Notes: a model not told the origin generated them from the letters alone. A stretch of 64,000 nucleotides of DNA from Octopus sinensis (GCF_006345805.1 NC_043012.1:48918001-48982000); one strand, 5' to 3'; positions 26,714 through 40,871 are shown, counted from the first letter of the stretch. Numbers and translations: made by a program.

Positions 26714-29174
26714 CGCCACATGTTTAACGTTACATATTCCGACTGATCTAACTGCAGATTCATTGCCAGAAATAGCTCAATAAACAGCTAACAGCAAGTT
26801 AACATATTTAGAACTACTACGTTCGTCTGAATCATGAATAGGGAGTAATGTGTAAAAACATAGTAGATTCTCACCAAGCAAGCTTATACTAATTACTCAT
26901 GTTCAGCGCTTGGACAAATTTCTACAATCTGAAATCGCCATATTAGCTCGCAAGAAAAAGGCGATTGCTTGTCAACTGCTTTGAATGATTCAATATACAA
27001 ACAAACCAAGTGAAAGGAGCGAAACGTCGTTTCTGACTTGTAAAGGTCTTTGTTGAGATAAAAATACATCTAGAGATTTTGACATTTTTGAACTGGCAAA
27101 AGGAATGGTACAGAATTGTTTAATACTAATATAAGATTTAGACATGTATATGTTGGTTGCTGCTCAGTACTACTACACAAACATAAGGCGACAACTCTTT
27201 GTACACCATTTTGAATCAATCAATGTACAAATCGGATGAAAGGAACGCAAAACGTTTTTGACTTCTGAAGTTCTTTCTTAACATACAAATACGTCCAGAG
27301 GTTTCAACATTTTTTTAGGTGGTAAAAGAAGAAAAAGAAAACTAAACAATGTGTTCAGTATATATATCAATTATTCAGGCATGTGTATTGGGCGCATACA
27401 TACATATATACATAGTGCACACACATATATATGCATATATACATACATGCATACATACATATATATGCATATACACACACTCATATACATACACACACAC
27501 ACACACATATATATACGTCCAACGCACATGCCTCAACACATTATACATATGCTGAGTTTAACCCTAGGCGAAGTGAGAGCCACTGATGATCTGGCTATTT
27601 CCGTTGCTGAAGGGAGCTAGCCTCCCTTGTCAGTCATTAAGATAGTGCTTTCCGTGGCTATTGAGTTGTTTTGACTCTTATTTCTAGCAATACTGGTGCT
27701 GATTAGTACTCTTTGTAAATTTAGTGACTTATATATTTCTGCCTTTAGGTTGTAAAATTACAAAAGTACTCCTTCAGATGAGAGCTAAATCTCGCATACC
27801 TTCAAAGGGAAATACTATGGAATGGTTTTATGATTAACATAGGATAATTTAAGAAAGATATCATGTACACGAATATCAATTATGATCAAGAGGTTGGGGA
27901 GGGGCAATAGGAAATCAAGTTTGGTGATTAAACAAGTGGAAACTTCTGGGGAAACAAACTAAAGACCCTCAGTAAACAGCAGACGGTTAAACAGAACAAA
28001 GCAAGACAAAAAAAGACATAATAAATAAATAAATAAAAAGTATATTTGTTCCGTTGACACAAAGTGAGAATCAAAGATTGGCCCAAAGCACGAAGAAAAA
28101 AAAAGGAATGGTGGAGGAGGTGCTGGGACAACAAACCATCTGATAGAATTAGGTAGGTGTCAGATGTTAGATATAAGATTTTAGGAAGTGTTGAAAGGTT
28201 GTTATCTGTGCTGTAGTTTAGTTTGCGAACCATAGAACTAAAGAAATAACGCTCTCATTTATATTCAAACCACTATTAAACGCATCTCCGTTGCCAAAAT
28301 TCTCAAGCTTTAAAGCAAAGCTTCATATCTAGCATCATCTCAAATAAAGAGATTATGGCAAGGCAATCTGAACTGATACGACAAGAATGAGCTCTCTTCC
28401 TTATCATGTTCAGTAAAACTAGCAGACTGTAACAGACATCGTTTTGAATACTGAATGTAAAGAAATCTCTGACGGTTTCAAACATGTGTATTCAGTTGTA
28501 TGGTCGATCGACTCAGCTACTCACTGCATGAATCAATGCAAAAATGGTTGAAGTTTCGACAGACATTTGTAGCTTTAGCATTATACTCAAACTGAATCAG
28601 CGTGACATACTTTCTGGCCAGGCTGGATTCAGTTCATCCGATTTGCTTCTGAAGAATTTTCATCTACTCAATTTCACAAAAAGGCTTTTGTCAACCTAAA
28701 AGATAAAAGACTTGTCCAAAATGTTACACGGTAGAACTGAACACGCGAGCCTATAATACACCCAAAAAAGTACATAGCTATAGATAAGCTTTCGGTTATT
28801 CCAGTAACTGAATCCAGTGTCTAAGTGGCCGAGTATTACATTGACAAAAGCACAGAGAGTAATTCTCCGATTCACGTGTATAAAAAAAGCGTGGTAGCAT
28901 CAAAATAATTCCAGGTGAAACAATGTTAAAAGGTGAGATTTCGCGTTATTAATAATGAAAATATGTTCGCATTATTTCTACAATCAAGAAGTGATTGAAT
29001 CGATTGCTCATGCTCCCAATAGGGGTTTACTTGTGTCTACCCTAGAAATCTTGAATCATAATATCAACCAGGAACTATGTGGGTCGGACAGTGCTTGTAG
29101 GAGATGCTTTGTGGCTTAAAGAATCGAAAAACCTTCCTCAAAATTATGCAACCATGTTAAGACGCAATATTCTT

Positions 29175-29815
29175 CAGAATCAGCATGCCGAGCAAAATGC
29201 TTAGCGAGTTGGCAGAAACGTTAGCATGCCGGGCGAAATGCTTAGCAGTATTTCGTCTGCCGCTACGTTCTGAGTTCAAATTCCGCCGAGGTCGACTTTG
29301 CCTTTCATCCTTTCGGGGTCGATTAAATAAGTACCAGTTACGCACTTAATCCGTTTGTCTGCCCTTGTTTGTCCCCTCTGTGTTTAGCCCCTTGTGGGTA
29401 GTAAAGAAATAGGTATTTTACCCGTCCTTACGTTCTGAGTTCAAATTCCGACGAGGTCAACTTTGCTTTCCATCCGTTCGGGGTCGATAAAATAAGTACC
29501 AGTTGAAAACTGGGGTCGATGTAATCGATTTACTCACCCTCCTGAAATTGCTAATCTTTTGCCAAAATTTGAAACCAATATTCTTAGTAAGAAAGCAGTG
29601 GGCTGGCAGAATCATTAGCGCATCGGACACCTTGTTTAGCAACATTTCTTATGGTCTTTTACGTCTTAGGTTCAAATTCCGCCGAGGTAGTTTTTGCCAT
29701 TGCTTTTGCTGTTCAGCCTTTCGGGGGTCGATAAATCAAGTACCTGTTAATCATTGGGGGTAATATAATCGACTAACACCACACCTGAAATTTCTTGCCT
29801 TGTGCTTAGAGTAGA
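29175..29815 (+). mobile_element. Cluster of three family-C SINEs (one nested in another)
   Basis: Repeated ggcagaa(a/t)cgttagc...ttcaaattccgccgaggtcgactttgcctttcatcctttcggggtcgat(t/a)aaataagtaccag. Confidence 0.9.
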
Positions 29816-30106
29816 AATGGGGGAAGAAATTCTTAAGAAGGTGAGTGTGTATGAAAATCTGAATGCTCTTAACAGAATGCTTTGCGGCTTTAATTAGATC
29901 CTTTTACGTTGTGATTTCAAATTAGGTCGCACTCGAATGTACACTGTGTTTTTGCGGCATCCATACAATAATTAGCCTCCTTCTAACTTCTGAAAGTGTA
30001 GGTCTGTTTGTGTTAAACGCAACAAAAGAAAGACACTACAAATGAAAGACGACAAACATCTCAAACCAGCCAAGACACAAATACATACACACACACACAG
30101 AGATGT

Positions 30107-30145
<39 letters not shown>

Positions 30146-30319
30146 TTTATGAGATAAAGGGGAAGAAGCAAGGCAAACAGTGAAATCAGATGTAAACATC
30201 CTATACGGGTGGTATATAGATACAACTGGCTAATGATGCCCAGACTGACCTACAATACTTTTCACGGAAACGAAATCCATTTCCCCTACCACCAACACCA
30301 AAAGATAAAAAGTAACTTA

Positions 30320-30486
<167 letters not shown>

Positions 30487-31774
30487 CTTAAACGATAGAA
30501 TAAGATAAATATTGGGCAAGATAAATATTTATTCATGTATGTTTATCGTTTAATTTGATGTTATGCTTTATTTATCAAGTTAATTCTGTAAAAGAACATA
30601 CAAAAATAAAATAAATCTTCATTTACAAATCCCCTCAATTATTTTCTTGTCATTTATTTATATCTGTTATTTATTTTGTCTTTTTCTGTTTTTCTTATCT
30701 TCGTTGACCAGAGTTTGACTTTTTTTATTTATAAGGGAGGTAACAACGTGATTAACATACAGAGGATAGCAAATGCTTGGAGCTGTTCAACTGCACCAAA
30801 ATAAATGAATAGCTCCCGGAAAACGTCGCTCAATTTAAGCAAACAGACTAATCTTAGGAGCAAATAAATAAAACGTACACATATATATATAAAATAGCAA
30901 GACTGGAAGATTGATTAATCGTATAAAAAGTAGAGACATTTTAGGTCAAATGTCGCTTAGCTAAACTTTAAATCTGAATAATTTTATCAAGGAAAGTATT
31001 TTCACTAAAAAAGTAAAAGTGCTTTTCTTTTATGTTATTTCCCCCTGTGCTTTTCCTATTTATCACAACACCTGCATGCAATTAACACCCACTCATTTAT
31101 ACATATAGGGCATATGGCTTTAGCAAACATGTCCTCATTCACACTCACATACGCTCACACACGCATTTATGTAGTAATGTATGTATATGTGTATATACGT
31201 AAGTGTATTCATGAATGTGTAAATATAAGGCCTGTCTTACAACATGGAAATTTTGAGATATTTTCTAGGGGTTTCACGAGTCTACCAGCCTAACTTATGT
31301 ATATTATGGTTGTGCACGTAAAGACCTCAGTAGAATGCTGTGTGTGGACATTGGCTCGGGTGCAGGGGGAGCAATCGCAACCCTTAAAAGGTTTTGGAAG
31401 CAATGAAAAAGCTTTGAACATCCGGGGTTAGATCTAGGTTTGTACCCTTTAAACAAATTTCGTTCCCGCACTTATAGGCGCGTGGGCCCTATAATGCTGT
31501 TAAAAAGGCTGAACAAACTCACGTATACACACACGCACATGATATGTGTATGCATATCTTAAAATAAAAATAGCACCATTGCATTGCGTTATGTCATTTG
31601 CGTAAACATAAACAGTCAAATGATATTTCGGCACCACAAATGCCATATTCCAAGCTTGAAAATAAGGTATAAAAAAGAATGTTATAATAGTTAGAATATA
31701 GGGTGTGCTTCCGCAGTTCACCCTTATGTGAGATAAAAATTTCTAAACTAGTATTCATTCAGAAAATTCTAGAA

Positions 31775-32107
31775 CGTAGGTTCTCAAAGTGGGCGATACC
31801 GCCCTCCGGTGGGCGTTGAAACGGTCCAAGTGGGGGCTGGTGCCAAAGGGGGCGATAGGAATGGGGGCAGTAGAGAAAAAGGAGGCGTTGGGAGGAAGGC
31901 AATGGATTGGAGGACGCAATGAATTTATTATATTATTATAGTATAGTATACAAATTATATAATATTACATTAAATATCAAATGATTCATGATATACATAA
32001 ATTAGTAAAATATGGAAAATTTATTGATACATAAAAATAGGGGTGGGGCACTGAGGGTATTATGTGGCCATGAGGGGGGCAGTGGCTCAAAAGTTGGAGA
32101 ATCTCTG
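31775..32107. mobile_element. hAT (Charlie-like) MITE
   Basis: cgtaggttctcaaagt...aagttggagaatctctg; 8-bp TSD TTCTAGAA / TTCTAGAG fits the NTCTAGAN Charlie target preference. Confidence 0.75.
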
Positions 32108-32903
32108 TTCTAGAGTGATGAAAATTTTCTACACTTGTAATTTCAACAGTTATGAAGTTTTCTCATATAAGTCTCCCACACAAACGCTGTTCAAATTTTC
32201 CCTATTACCTCGGTCACGAATCTCAATGCTATTATTGTGTAAATAGTAGTCAGTTTTCTTTCTCTTTTTCTATTTTATCACTCCTTCCCTCATTCGGTTT
32301 CCACTGTAATTGCGACAATTCACTTTGTTTTCATATTTCTATCCTCTCATTCAACCAGCTAGTCTCCAATCGCTATAACAGAAAAGTATGTCTTTCAATT
32401 GTCTGTTACTGTGAAGAATTTAGAAGAATACAAATAAGGTTAATGGTAACATAGTCAACAGCTGATATTTCGGCATCGTAGATGTTCATAAAACAATGAG
32501 TAAACTACAGTTCCGAGAATGGACAAAATTAATTGTAAATGGAAATCAGGTGTAATTGCGCTGTGCAGCCCAGAAATTCATTCTGTCCATAGGCTTTTGT
32601 GATGTGAAAATATCTAAACAGGATTTCATTCATTCCGAAACTGGTCAAAACGAGAAGAGTATCTTCTCTAAATGAAGACTGCTGATATCATAAAGATTTC
32701 TCTTGCTGTACACAATGTCTTGAACGCTGCTGAAGTATAGATATTCACTCATATTTCGCGCTCTCTCTGTTACAGAGCCATTATATTCTATGTGTATGTA
32801 ATTGTGTACATATGTGAGCATGTATGTGCATATTTGGGTGTGTGCGAGAGAGAGAGAGAGGGAGAGATAGATAAAGAGAGAGAGAAAGAATGTTAGAAAC
32901 GAG

Positions 32904-32936
<33 letters not shown>

Positions 32937-33131
32937 TATGTGTGTGAGTGTGTATGCATATGTATGTTTGTATATATATATGTATGTGTATATATATATA
33001 TACATACATATGTGTATATATATATATATACATACCATATATATATATACACACATATATGTATATATATATATATATATGTGTGTGTATGTATATGTAT
33101 GTATATATATATATATATGTGTGTGTGTGTT

Positions 33132-33173
<42 letters not shown>

Positions 33174-33580
33174 TATAATATATTTATATATATACATATA
33201 CATATAAGTATGAGAGTGTGTGTGTACGTATGTGCGTGGGTGGGTCTGCTGGCGTGCGTAAATGTAAGTAAGGGAACGCGTCTTCGTGATTTAGAGTTCG
33301 CGTACTTTCGTCTCTGCGAATGTATATAGTTCGCATTAATAATGCAAACAACATAACTTGTCCATAGTTCCTTTTCGCTATTCACGTTCACCCCACTAAA
33401 AGCCAACAAAATGCCCTCAAAATAAACGAGCTCCTGAACTTAGTTACGTCTCATAAACGATTAAACATTAACCGCTTTCTCTCTTTCTCATCGGCAACAT
33501 TTTCTTTCTTACTGTCATTTTCTCAGACTGTCATTATAAATCGCCTCACCCAGCCAACCATATGTGTGTGTGTGTGTGTG

Positions 33581-33615
<35 letters not shown>

Positions 33616-33632
33616 CGTATTTGTTTGAGTAC

Positions 33633-33681
<49 letters not shown>

Positions 33682-33997
33682 TATAATATATAGTATACAC
33701 CACACACATATATATATATTTACATGTATTTGTGTCTGTGCGTCTGTACATAAGTGTATATGTGTGTGTGTATGTATTTATTTAAGATGGTGTTCCAGCA
33801 TGGCCGTAGTCAAATAGCTGTAACAAGTAAATGTAAAAGAATGTATATATATAAATATATATATACATATTTATATATACGTACATAACATATATATATA
33901 TACACATACATATGTATATACGCTAGAGAGATGGGCATATATATATATATTATACATACATACGTACATACATACCTACATAAATATATATATATAC

Positions 33998-34029
<32 letters not shown>

Positions 34030-34077
34030 CATATATATATACATACATACCATATATATATATATATATATGTTATG

Positions 34078-34142
<65 letters not shown>

Positions 34143-34479
34143 TTATCTCTAGCGGGCATAAATTACCAAGCAAAAGTATAATTCAACCCCCAAATGTTCC
34201 AAAAGGCATACATCAACATTATTCCCCTTAGTCTGTGTAGTACAGTACCCTATAAATATTTCTGTATCATACTTGATCATTAATTTCTTTCCGTTGCTCC
34301 CACTTCTTCCATTTCATTATTGCATACAGATACACACAAGAAATAACTCACCGTATTCATTTTACAAATTCCTAACATGTTACGTTGTTTTCTTTTCATC
34401 TAAGACCTACTCTGTTTCCCAGATCTTCTCATTTACTCTTTCTATCTATAACTATGCGCATATATTTTCATATATATGT

Positions 34480-34790
34480 GTTATTCTCCTTGTCCTGTCT
34501 TTTACTGTTTTTATTTGTATTGCTTTTACTGTCTTGTTTTGTTTTTACTGTCCTGACCATGTCGCCACTTTTACCCCTCCGCAAAAAATCCCAAATTTTT
34601 TAAAATTTGCTTTGCGGAAGAACTGTTTCAACGAAGTCGTGTCTTGCCCTTACCTTCGAAACACAGAGTAGTCGAAGCAGGGGCAGCTGAAGAAGGGGAA
34701 AATTCCTTGTGTTGTATGTCTTGTACTCTGTTTTTTCGTTGTTTGAAAAAGACCATTCGTAGCATCCTTGTGTAGCAGCCATTTAAACTC
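34480..34790 (+). mobile_element. Second copy of the PLE-like segment seen at ~3520-3760
   Basis: ccttcgaaacacagagtagtcgaagcaggggcagctgaagaaggggaaaattcc aligns with the reverse complement of 3560-3660. Confidence 0.65.
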
Positions 34791-34929
34791 TTTACTTTTG
34801 GGGCTTTTTGGCAAGTGACTAACGTTCGATGTCATACAAGAGCACAGACTCAGTAGTAGCAAGGAACAGACTGAATTTTGTTCCACTTGACAATCTTAAC
34901 TTCCATATTATCTTGATTTTTCTCACGCG

Positions 34930-35110
34930 CAGCACCAAGAAGTATCAAAATTTGTGCTCCGTTACTCACAGCATGGTACCGGCAAGTGTGGAAGACGTCA
35001 TCGAACATTTGTCGACATCCTAAAGGAGAACATAGGACTGGATCCTCTGCACAAACTGAAGGTGGAGCTGACGGATCGAAATGCTTGGCGAAATGGTTCA
35101 GTCTTCGAGG
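34930..35110 (+). mobile_element. RTE-clade LINE ORF2 C-terminal fragment
   Basis: Peptide QHGTGKCGRRHRTFVDILKENIGL...ELTDRNAWR fits the RTE G.R.RGRP.....D.L......A.DR..WR terminus. Confidence 0.7.
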
Positions 35111-35793
35111 ACCGGGTGGGAACCTATGATGTCACAAAATCGTACCAAGATACTTAACAGGTAAGTTTTGAGGGAGAGCTATGATTTTGCTTGTAGCCAA
35201 GGTGACAACTACGGTTGTGCTTGTAGGCAAGGTGACAGCTGCAGCTTTGCTTGTGCCTTAATGGATCATTTGAGGTAAGTAGAGCTAAACTGTTCATCTT
35301 CTAATTGAGTTCTCTCGTGTACTGTTGCGTAAGTCACACCTTGCTTTATATATATATATATATAAAAAAACAAGTAGTAAGCCCGTGTCTGTACGCAACG
35401 CACTCCTATATATCTTTTTCGGAACGGTGAACCGCGACGTAGATGAAGCTATAAAGAATCGATTATAAATATTAGGTTAAAAACCTCTGGACAGAAAGTG
35501 TCGAAGGTTGTCTAGTAGTACAACATTTGTTGTGTTTATGGAAGATGTGCTTTCATGTCCTACATGTAACATTCAACTTTTATTGCTTGAAGAGTTTCGT
35601 AACAATATTTACACGCTATTGTTTTCAGCTTCATCTACTTCGAGTTTCAAGGTTCCAAAAATCAATTATGTCATGTCCTTTCGAAGTTTATAAATTCCAA
35701 TAACGCCTACAAAATACGTGTATGTGCGCGCGTGTATGTAAATATTGTATGTATGTATGTATGTATGTATGTATGCATGATATATATAATATA

Positions 35794-35845
<52 letters not shown>

Positions 35846-35952
35846 TATATATATAATATATTGGTAATGCTTTGGCTCGCTCTGACACTGAGTTGAGATA
35901 ATGCTTTCTAGTATCTCAAAATTTAATATACAATTATTCATAATTGTAGTAT

Positions 35953-36044
35953 CCTACGCTGATGATAAAAGAAGTTTGGGTAAGGTAGAATTTTCTAATT
36001 CTTATGCTTTCCTAAAACTTGATTTCGAAACGTACGTCCGTAGG
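35953..36044 (+). ncRNA. Type-I hammerhead ribozyme, canonical core, long stem II
   Basis: CCUACG-CUGAUGA-[~60-nt stem-loop]-GAA-ACGUACGU-C|CGUAGG. Perfect 6-bp stem I, palindromic stem III, GUC cleavage triplet (cut after 36038). Inside a ~370-bp insert (35862-36230) between (TA)n tracts. Confidence 0.85.
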
Positions 36045-36253
36045 TAACTTAAAATTGTATGATAGATTGCCGTCATTTCATTCTTTCTTACCTGTCTGTG
36101 TTTGCCTTTCAAGTGCTGTGTTTTTACTGAGATCTCCCTTTTAGTAGAAAGAATAGCTATAACTCTTTGACTGCTATTTCTAAATTCGGTGTGTGGTGAG
36201 GCAATTCGTTGCTAAACCCTTAATTGCTTAGTATATATATATATATATATATA

Positions 36254-36292
<39 letters not shown>

Positions 36293-36348
36293 AATTTTGT
36301 CAGTGAACAGGTCGCGGTCTCAAAGCGACGAAAATATTTTGGTAAATT
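36293..36348 (+). ncRNA. Minimal type-I hammerhead ribozyme-like motif, G3:C8 variant
   Basis: AAUUUUGUCA-GUGAACA-G-GUCGC(GGUCUCAAA)GCGAC-GAA-AAUAUU-U|UGGUAAAUU, inside a ~200-bp insert (36289-36487) between (TA)n tracts. Confidence 0.7.
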
Positions 36349-37318
36349 AAATTTAAATATTGAAGTGAATCTAATGGTTTTTGTGTGTTTCTTAAATGGC
36401 TTATAAACACCTTCCACGCTGCAATTGTTTTCGTTCCAGCACACGATCTCAGATCAGGTCACTTGTTATGCAAGTACATCTCCGTAATATATATATATAT
36501 ATACACGCACACACACATATATATATGAGTGTATATACATATACGTGCGTGCATGTGTTTATATGTATATGTAAGTGTTTTTTGAGTATTAACCACAAAT
36601 GTACATTAGTTGAAAAAGAGACGCAATATTCAGACTTCTCTTTTAATCAACTGATGACAATCACTGCTACTTGGAAGTATCACTGTAAAGCAATTTTGGT
36701 GCTATAATTCAGGACTATATCATCATAGTCTAACAAGCTAATTACCTGGGTTTCCACAGATTTGGGTTTCATCGGCTTCAATTTGCTTGGAACCATGCTG
36801 GTCTCATCAGTCAGAATGGTTTTAGATCAGACAATATTTAGAATGATCATCTGCGGTGACGCATTTGGAAACAACAAATAGTTGTAAATCACAAACAGAC
36901 ACAACCTGGTTGTAATAATGGTAATTCTGTTGGCATGGAAGCATTTGTAGCTTTTGAGTTGTAACCTCCAATACTGCTTTATAGTAACGCCAAAGATATA
37001 TTCTCTTCTATGATATAAATTAATTCGTTTTTAGGTTGTACGTTGTGTTACGTAATTTTTATTGATGTGCGAACTCAGACAGACATATACACAACTCATA
37101 CACACCTATGCGCACAATTACAACAGATATACACATGTAATTCATATTTATATAATACGCGTGAGTATATTTGCACACACGCATGCATATACTCCAAGCA
37201 TATACTCTCTTCAATGAGATAAATTAATACTTTCTTATGCTGAACGCGGTGCTACGTAATTTTTTTAATGCGAACACTGACTCATATACATGTACACACA
37301 CACACACACACACACACA

Positions 37319-37363
<45 letters not shown>

Positions 37364-37364
37364 A

Positions 37365-37408
<44 letters not shown>

Positions 37409-37444
37409 AAAGCATGTACACATGTAATATCTATATAATACGAA

Positions 37445-37850
37445 GGCGGCGAGCTGGCAGATTCGTTAGCACGCCGGATAAAATGCTTAGCGGCATTTCG
37501 TCTGTCTTTACGTTCTTAGTTCAAATTCCACCGAGGTCGACTTCGCCTTTCATCATTTCGGGATCGATAAAATAAGTACCAGTTACGCACTGGGGTCGAT
37601 GTAATCGATTCACCCCTTCCTTGAAATTGCTGGCCTTCTGCCAAAATTTGAAAACGATATTAAAAGGCGGTACACAGGCAGAATCGGTGGTACGTCGGTC
37701 AAAATGTTTAGCGGCATTTCGTCGTCCTTACGTTCTGAGTTCAAATTCCGCCGAGATCGACTTTACCTTTGATTCTTTCGCAGCCGATGATGAAATAATC
37801 TTTTTGCCTCCTCCCTGAAATTGCAGGCCATGTGCCACAAGTTGAAATCA
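37445..37850 (+). mobile_element. Two tandem family-C SINEs
   Basis: Heads ggcggcgagctggcagattcgttagc (37445) and ggcggtacacaggcagaatcg (37666) share the body of the 29175 cluster. Confidence 0.88.
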
Positions 37851-37980
37851 GTATTCATATAATAAATGTGGATTTACACAAACACACACACATACACACA
37901 CTCTCACGCAGATTCGTATATAGCCCAAAAGTAATAAAAAAAATCAAAGGCAATGTAAAAGAGCATCAAGCCGGATGTAT

Positions 37981-38412
37981 GGATCTTTTCGGTTTGAACG
38001 GCAGTTTTTAACATAATTTCTAGGTAACTAAAAAATTTTAAACTTCGTATACTGGTAGAATGTGTTTATAAAACATCTTTTACTCTTGGCTTTATTGAGA
38101 AAATTCTATGGTTTGTAAGATATTTGTTTTGTTTTTCTTCAATTTCTGCAATTTCAACCAATCACTGACGTTCATTGCGGTAAAAAACATTCTGTACCGT
38201 ATGAATATGTCCCTCGTTTAAGAAACAGATTGGGTTTATTTACATTTGTAACGAAAAAAAGATACCCTTCCCCCCACCACTAACTCTAACCCTAACTAAC
38301 CCTAAACCTAAAACAGATTGAAATGCAATAGATCGATACTAGGGTCATAATTATGGGTGACAATTTCATATGACACCGGTAGAAAAAACTGCCGTTCAAA
38401 CCGAAAAGATCC
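37981..38412. mobile_element. MITE with 29-bp TIRs, GG termini and 8-bp TSD
   Basis: ggatcttttcggtttgaacggcagttttt...aaaaactgccgttcaaaccgaaaagatcc; TSD GGATGTAT at 37973-37980 and 38413-38420. Inserted into a decayed copy of the PLE-like element. Confidence 0.93.
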
Positions 38413-38944
38413 GGATGTATTAGGTTTATGCTCAGGAAAATTGGAAGAAGTCGTTACGTTTTGAGCCTGTTCTTTTCTACGGGAAGGTGAGATAAGGGGT
38501 GGAAAATGGAGAGTAAAAGACAATCTGAATTAAACGGAAGAGGAAGAAACTGGCGTGGGCGGTAAGGGAGACAACACTGACCTGGCATTTGTGTGTGTGT
38601 GTGTATATGTGTATGTGTGTGTATGCAAGCACATGTGCGTGCGTGCAAGGATATTTGCGTGTGTGTGTGCAAGCACATGTGTGTGTGCGCGTATGTGTGT
38701 ATAGGGGCATGCGTGTGCATTTATAAAATAATGTTTGCGTGTTTACTTTGTGTGTTTTTGCTTGTGTGTGTACTTGTGTACGGGCGTGTGTATGTGCATA
38801 TGTATGCGCGTGTGATATGTGAAGATAGAGCCACGCAATATCATATGCATTCATATTCTCTATCATTCTAAAGTTTATTTCTCTAACCGCTACTCACTCT
38901 CTGGCTTTACATGTACTCAGACCTCTTATATATTTCAATTACAC

Positions 38945-39130
38945 CTTTCTCTCACTTTCTCTCTCTCTCTCTCACTCTCTCACTCTCTCTCTCTTTATCT
39001 CTCTCTCTCTCTTCCTACGTGTCTATCTTTCCAGAGTCTTCTCCTCTTGTTGCATTTTTACTCGTTGACATTTTTCTCTATTCGCTCCTTTCTGCACTTT
39101 TCTCTCTTGTTTTCTTCCCTGTATTCTCTC

Positions 39131-39161
<31 letters not shown>

Positions 39162-39167
39162 CTCCTC

Positions 39168-39219
<52 letters not shown>

Positions 39220-39370
39220 TGATAACTCACCTCCCATTCATTTCCCTCCTCTTATCATTTGCTCTTTTATTTCACAACGCTCCTTGTCTTTACGCTCTCA
39301 CTCACACACTGACTCTTTCGCTCACTCACGCTTCCCTCTCTCTTTCTCTCTTTCTCAAACACACACACAC
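38945..39370. repeat. Imperfect (CT)n polypyrimidine tract
   Basis: Directly visible. Confidence 0.9.
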
Positions 39371-40305
39371 ACATCCTATATTGTTCCCGTTTCTTTATGC
39401 ATCACTGTTTGCATGTAAATCTAAAAGTTCCCAAACAAATGTCCCTGACCAGACGCATTTGACATTATCAGACTCCTACTGTTGGGTCTATACGTTTGTG
39501 CGTTCCGAGGATAACGTGCAGATAGCACTTTCAATTGTCAGCTATCGATCCGGTTGCTAATTTACGAGTATGAATGACAAACTAGCTATAGGTACAAAGA
39601 ACAGTTTGGTTAACCAACCGGACATAAGTCTGATCGAATTGTCTCTGTAACGCTATAATATCTCTTGGAACTAAACTATCCAATAGATAGCTCCGACAAA
39701 TCATCATCGTAATATAACTAAGAAATCTTGAGCCTTGCCTGGCAATTTATCAGAAGACATGGCTCTTCTGTTTACAGAATGATAAGCTTAAGTGGACAGC
39801 CTTTCATCTGGCCAGAAAGTTAAAACTTTACATATTTTTACACATAGAAACACGAAGAGAAACATGCAAACATACAAACACACAGACACAAGAATATATA
39901 TCCATACACATCATGTATATACATACACACATATGCCTCCATACGTATGTGTGTGTGTGTGTATATATATATATATACATGTGTATGTATGTATGTGTCT
40001 GTGTATAGGTATGTATACATACATATATATATACACGCATACATATGTATGTATAAATATATATACAAGTTTGTACATATATGCATGCATATATATTTAT
40101 GTATTAGTACACACACACACATATATATACACTTATGTTTATATATTTATTTTTGATATATGACTGTATGTATATATGTATATACATACACATACATATA
40201 CATAAATATACATCTATACCCACATGTATATATGTATTGTAATACATATATACATACATACACACACACATATATATGTATGTATATATACATATATACA
40301 TATAC

Positions 40306-40339
<34 letters not shown>

Positions 40340-40779
40340 ATATATATTATATATGTGTGTGTGTGTATATATATATATACATATATATACTTCGTGGAGG
40401 ATCTTATATTGTTAGTGTTCTACTGTTATCTTATTACTATTTTTTCTTTGTTCTTGATGTGGTCGTTGCTTTTATTATTGTTTACGCCTTTTGTAAAGCA
40501 GCTTTTGTTATTTGCTGCTGCTGCTGCTGCTGCTGCCGCTACTACTACTACTACTACTACTGCAATTTATATTACTACGACTACTTCTGGTGCTGTGATT
40601 TGAGCGAAGCGGTTAAATTTCTTTTGTTTTTGTTTTTCATTTCTCGCACAGTTCAGGCCGATAGCAGTATCATCGATACACAAACAGAAAACTTTACGAC
40701 TTCGATATCAACAAGGAAATATATATCTCCACTCTTGTGCTGAATAGGTAATCTAACGTGAATCGAAACATCAAACCTT

Positions 40780-40836
40780 AAAACAACAACAACAACCACA
40801 ATAATAATAATAATAATAATAATAATGATGATGATT

Positions 40837-40871
<35 letters not shown>

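Noticed and set aside
34645-34700. GAAAC...CTGAAGA as a type-II hammerhead
   Set aside because: Stem I cannot be paired, and the homologous copy near 3610-3650 lacks GAAAC.
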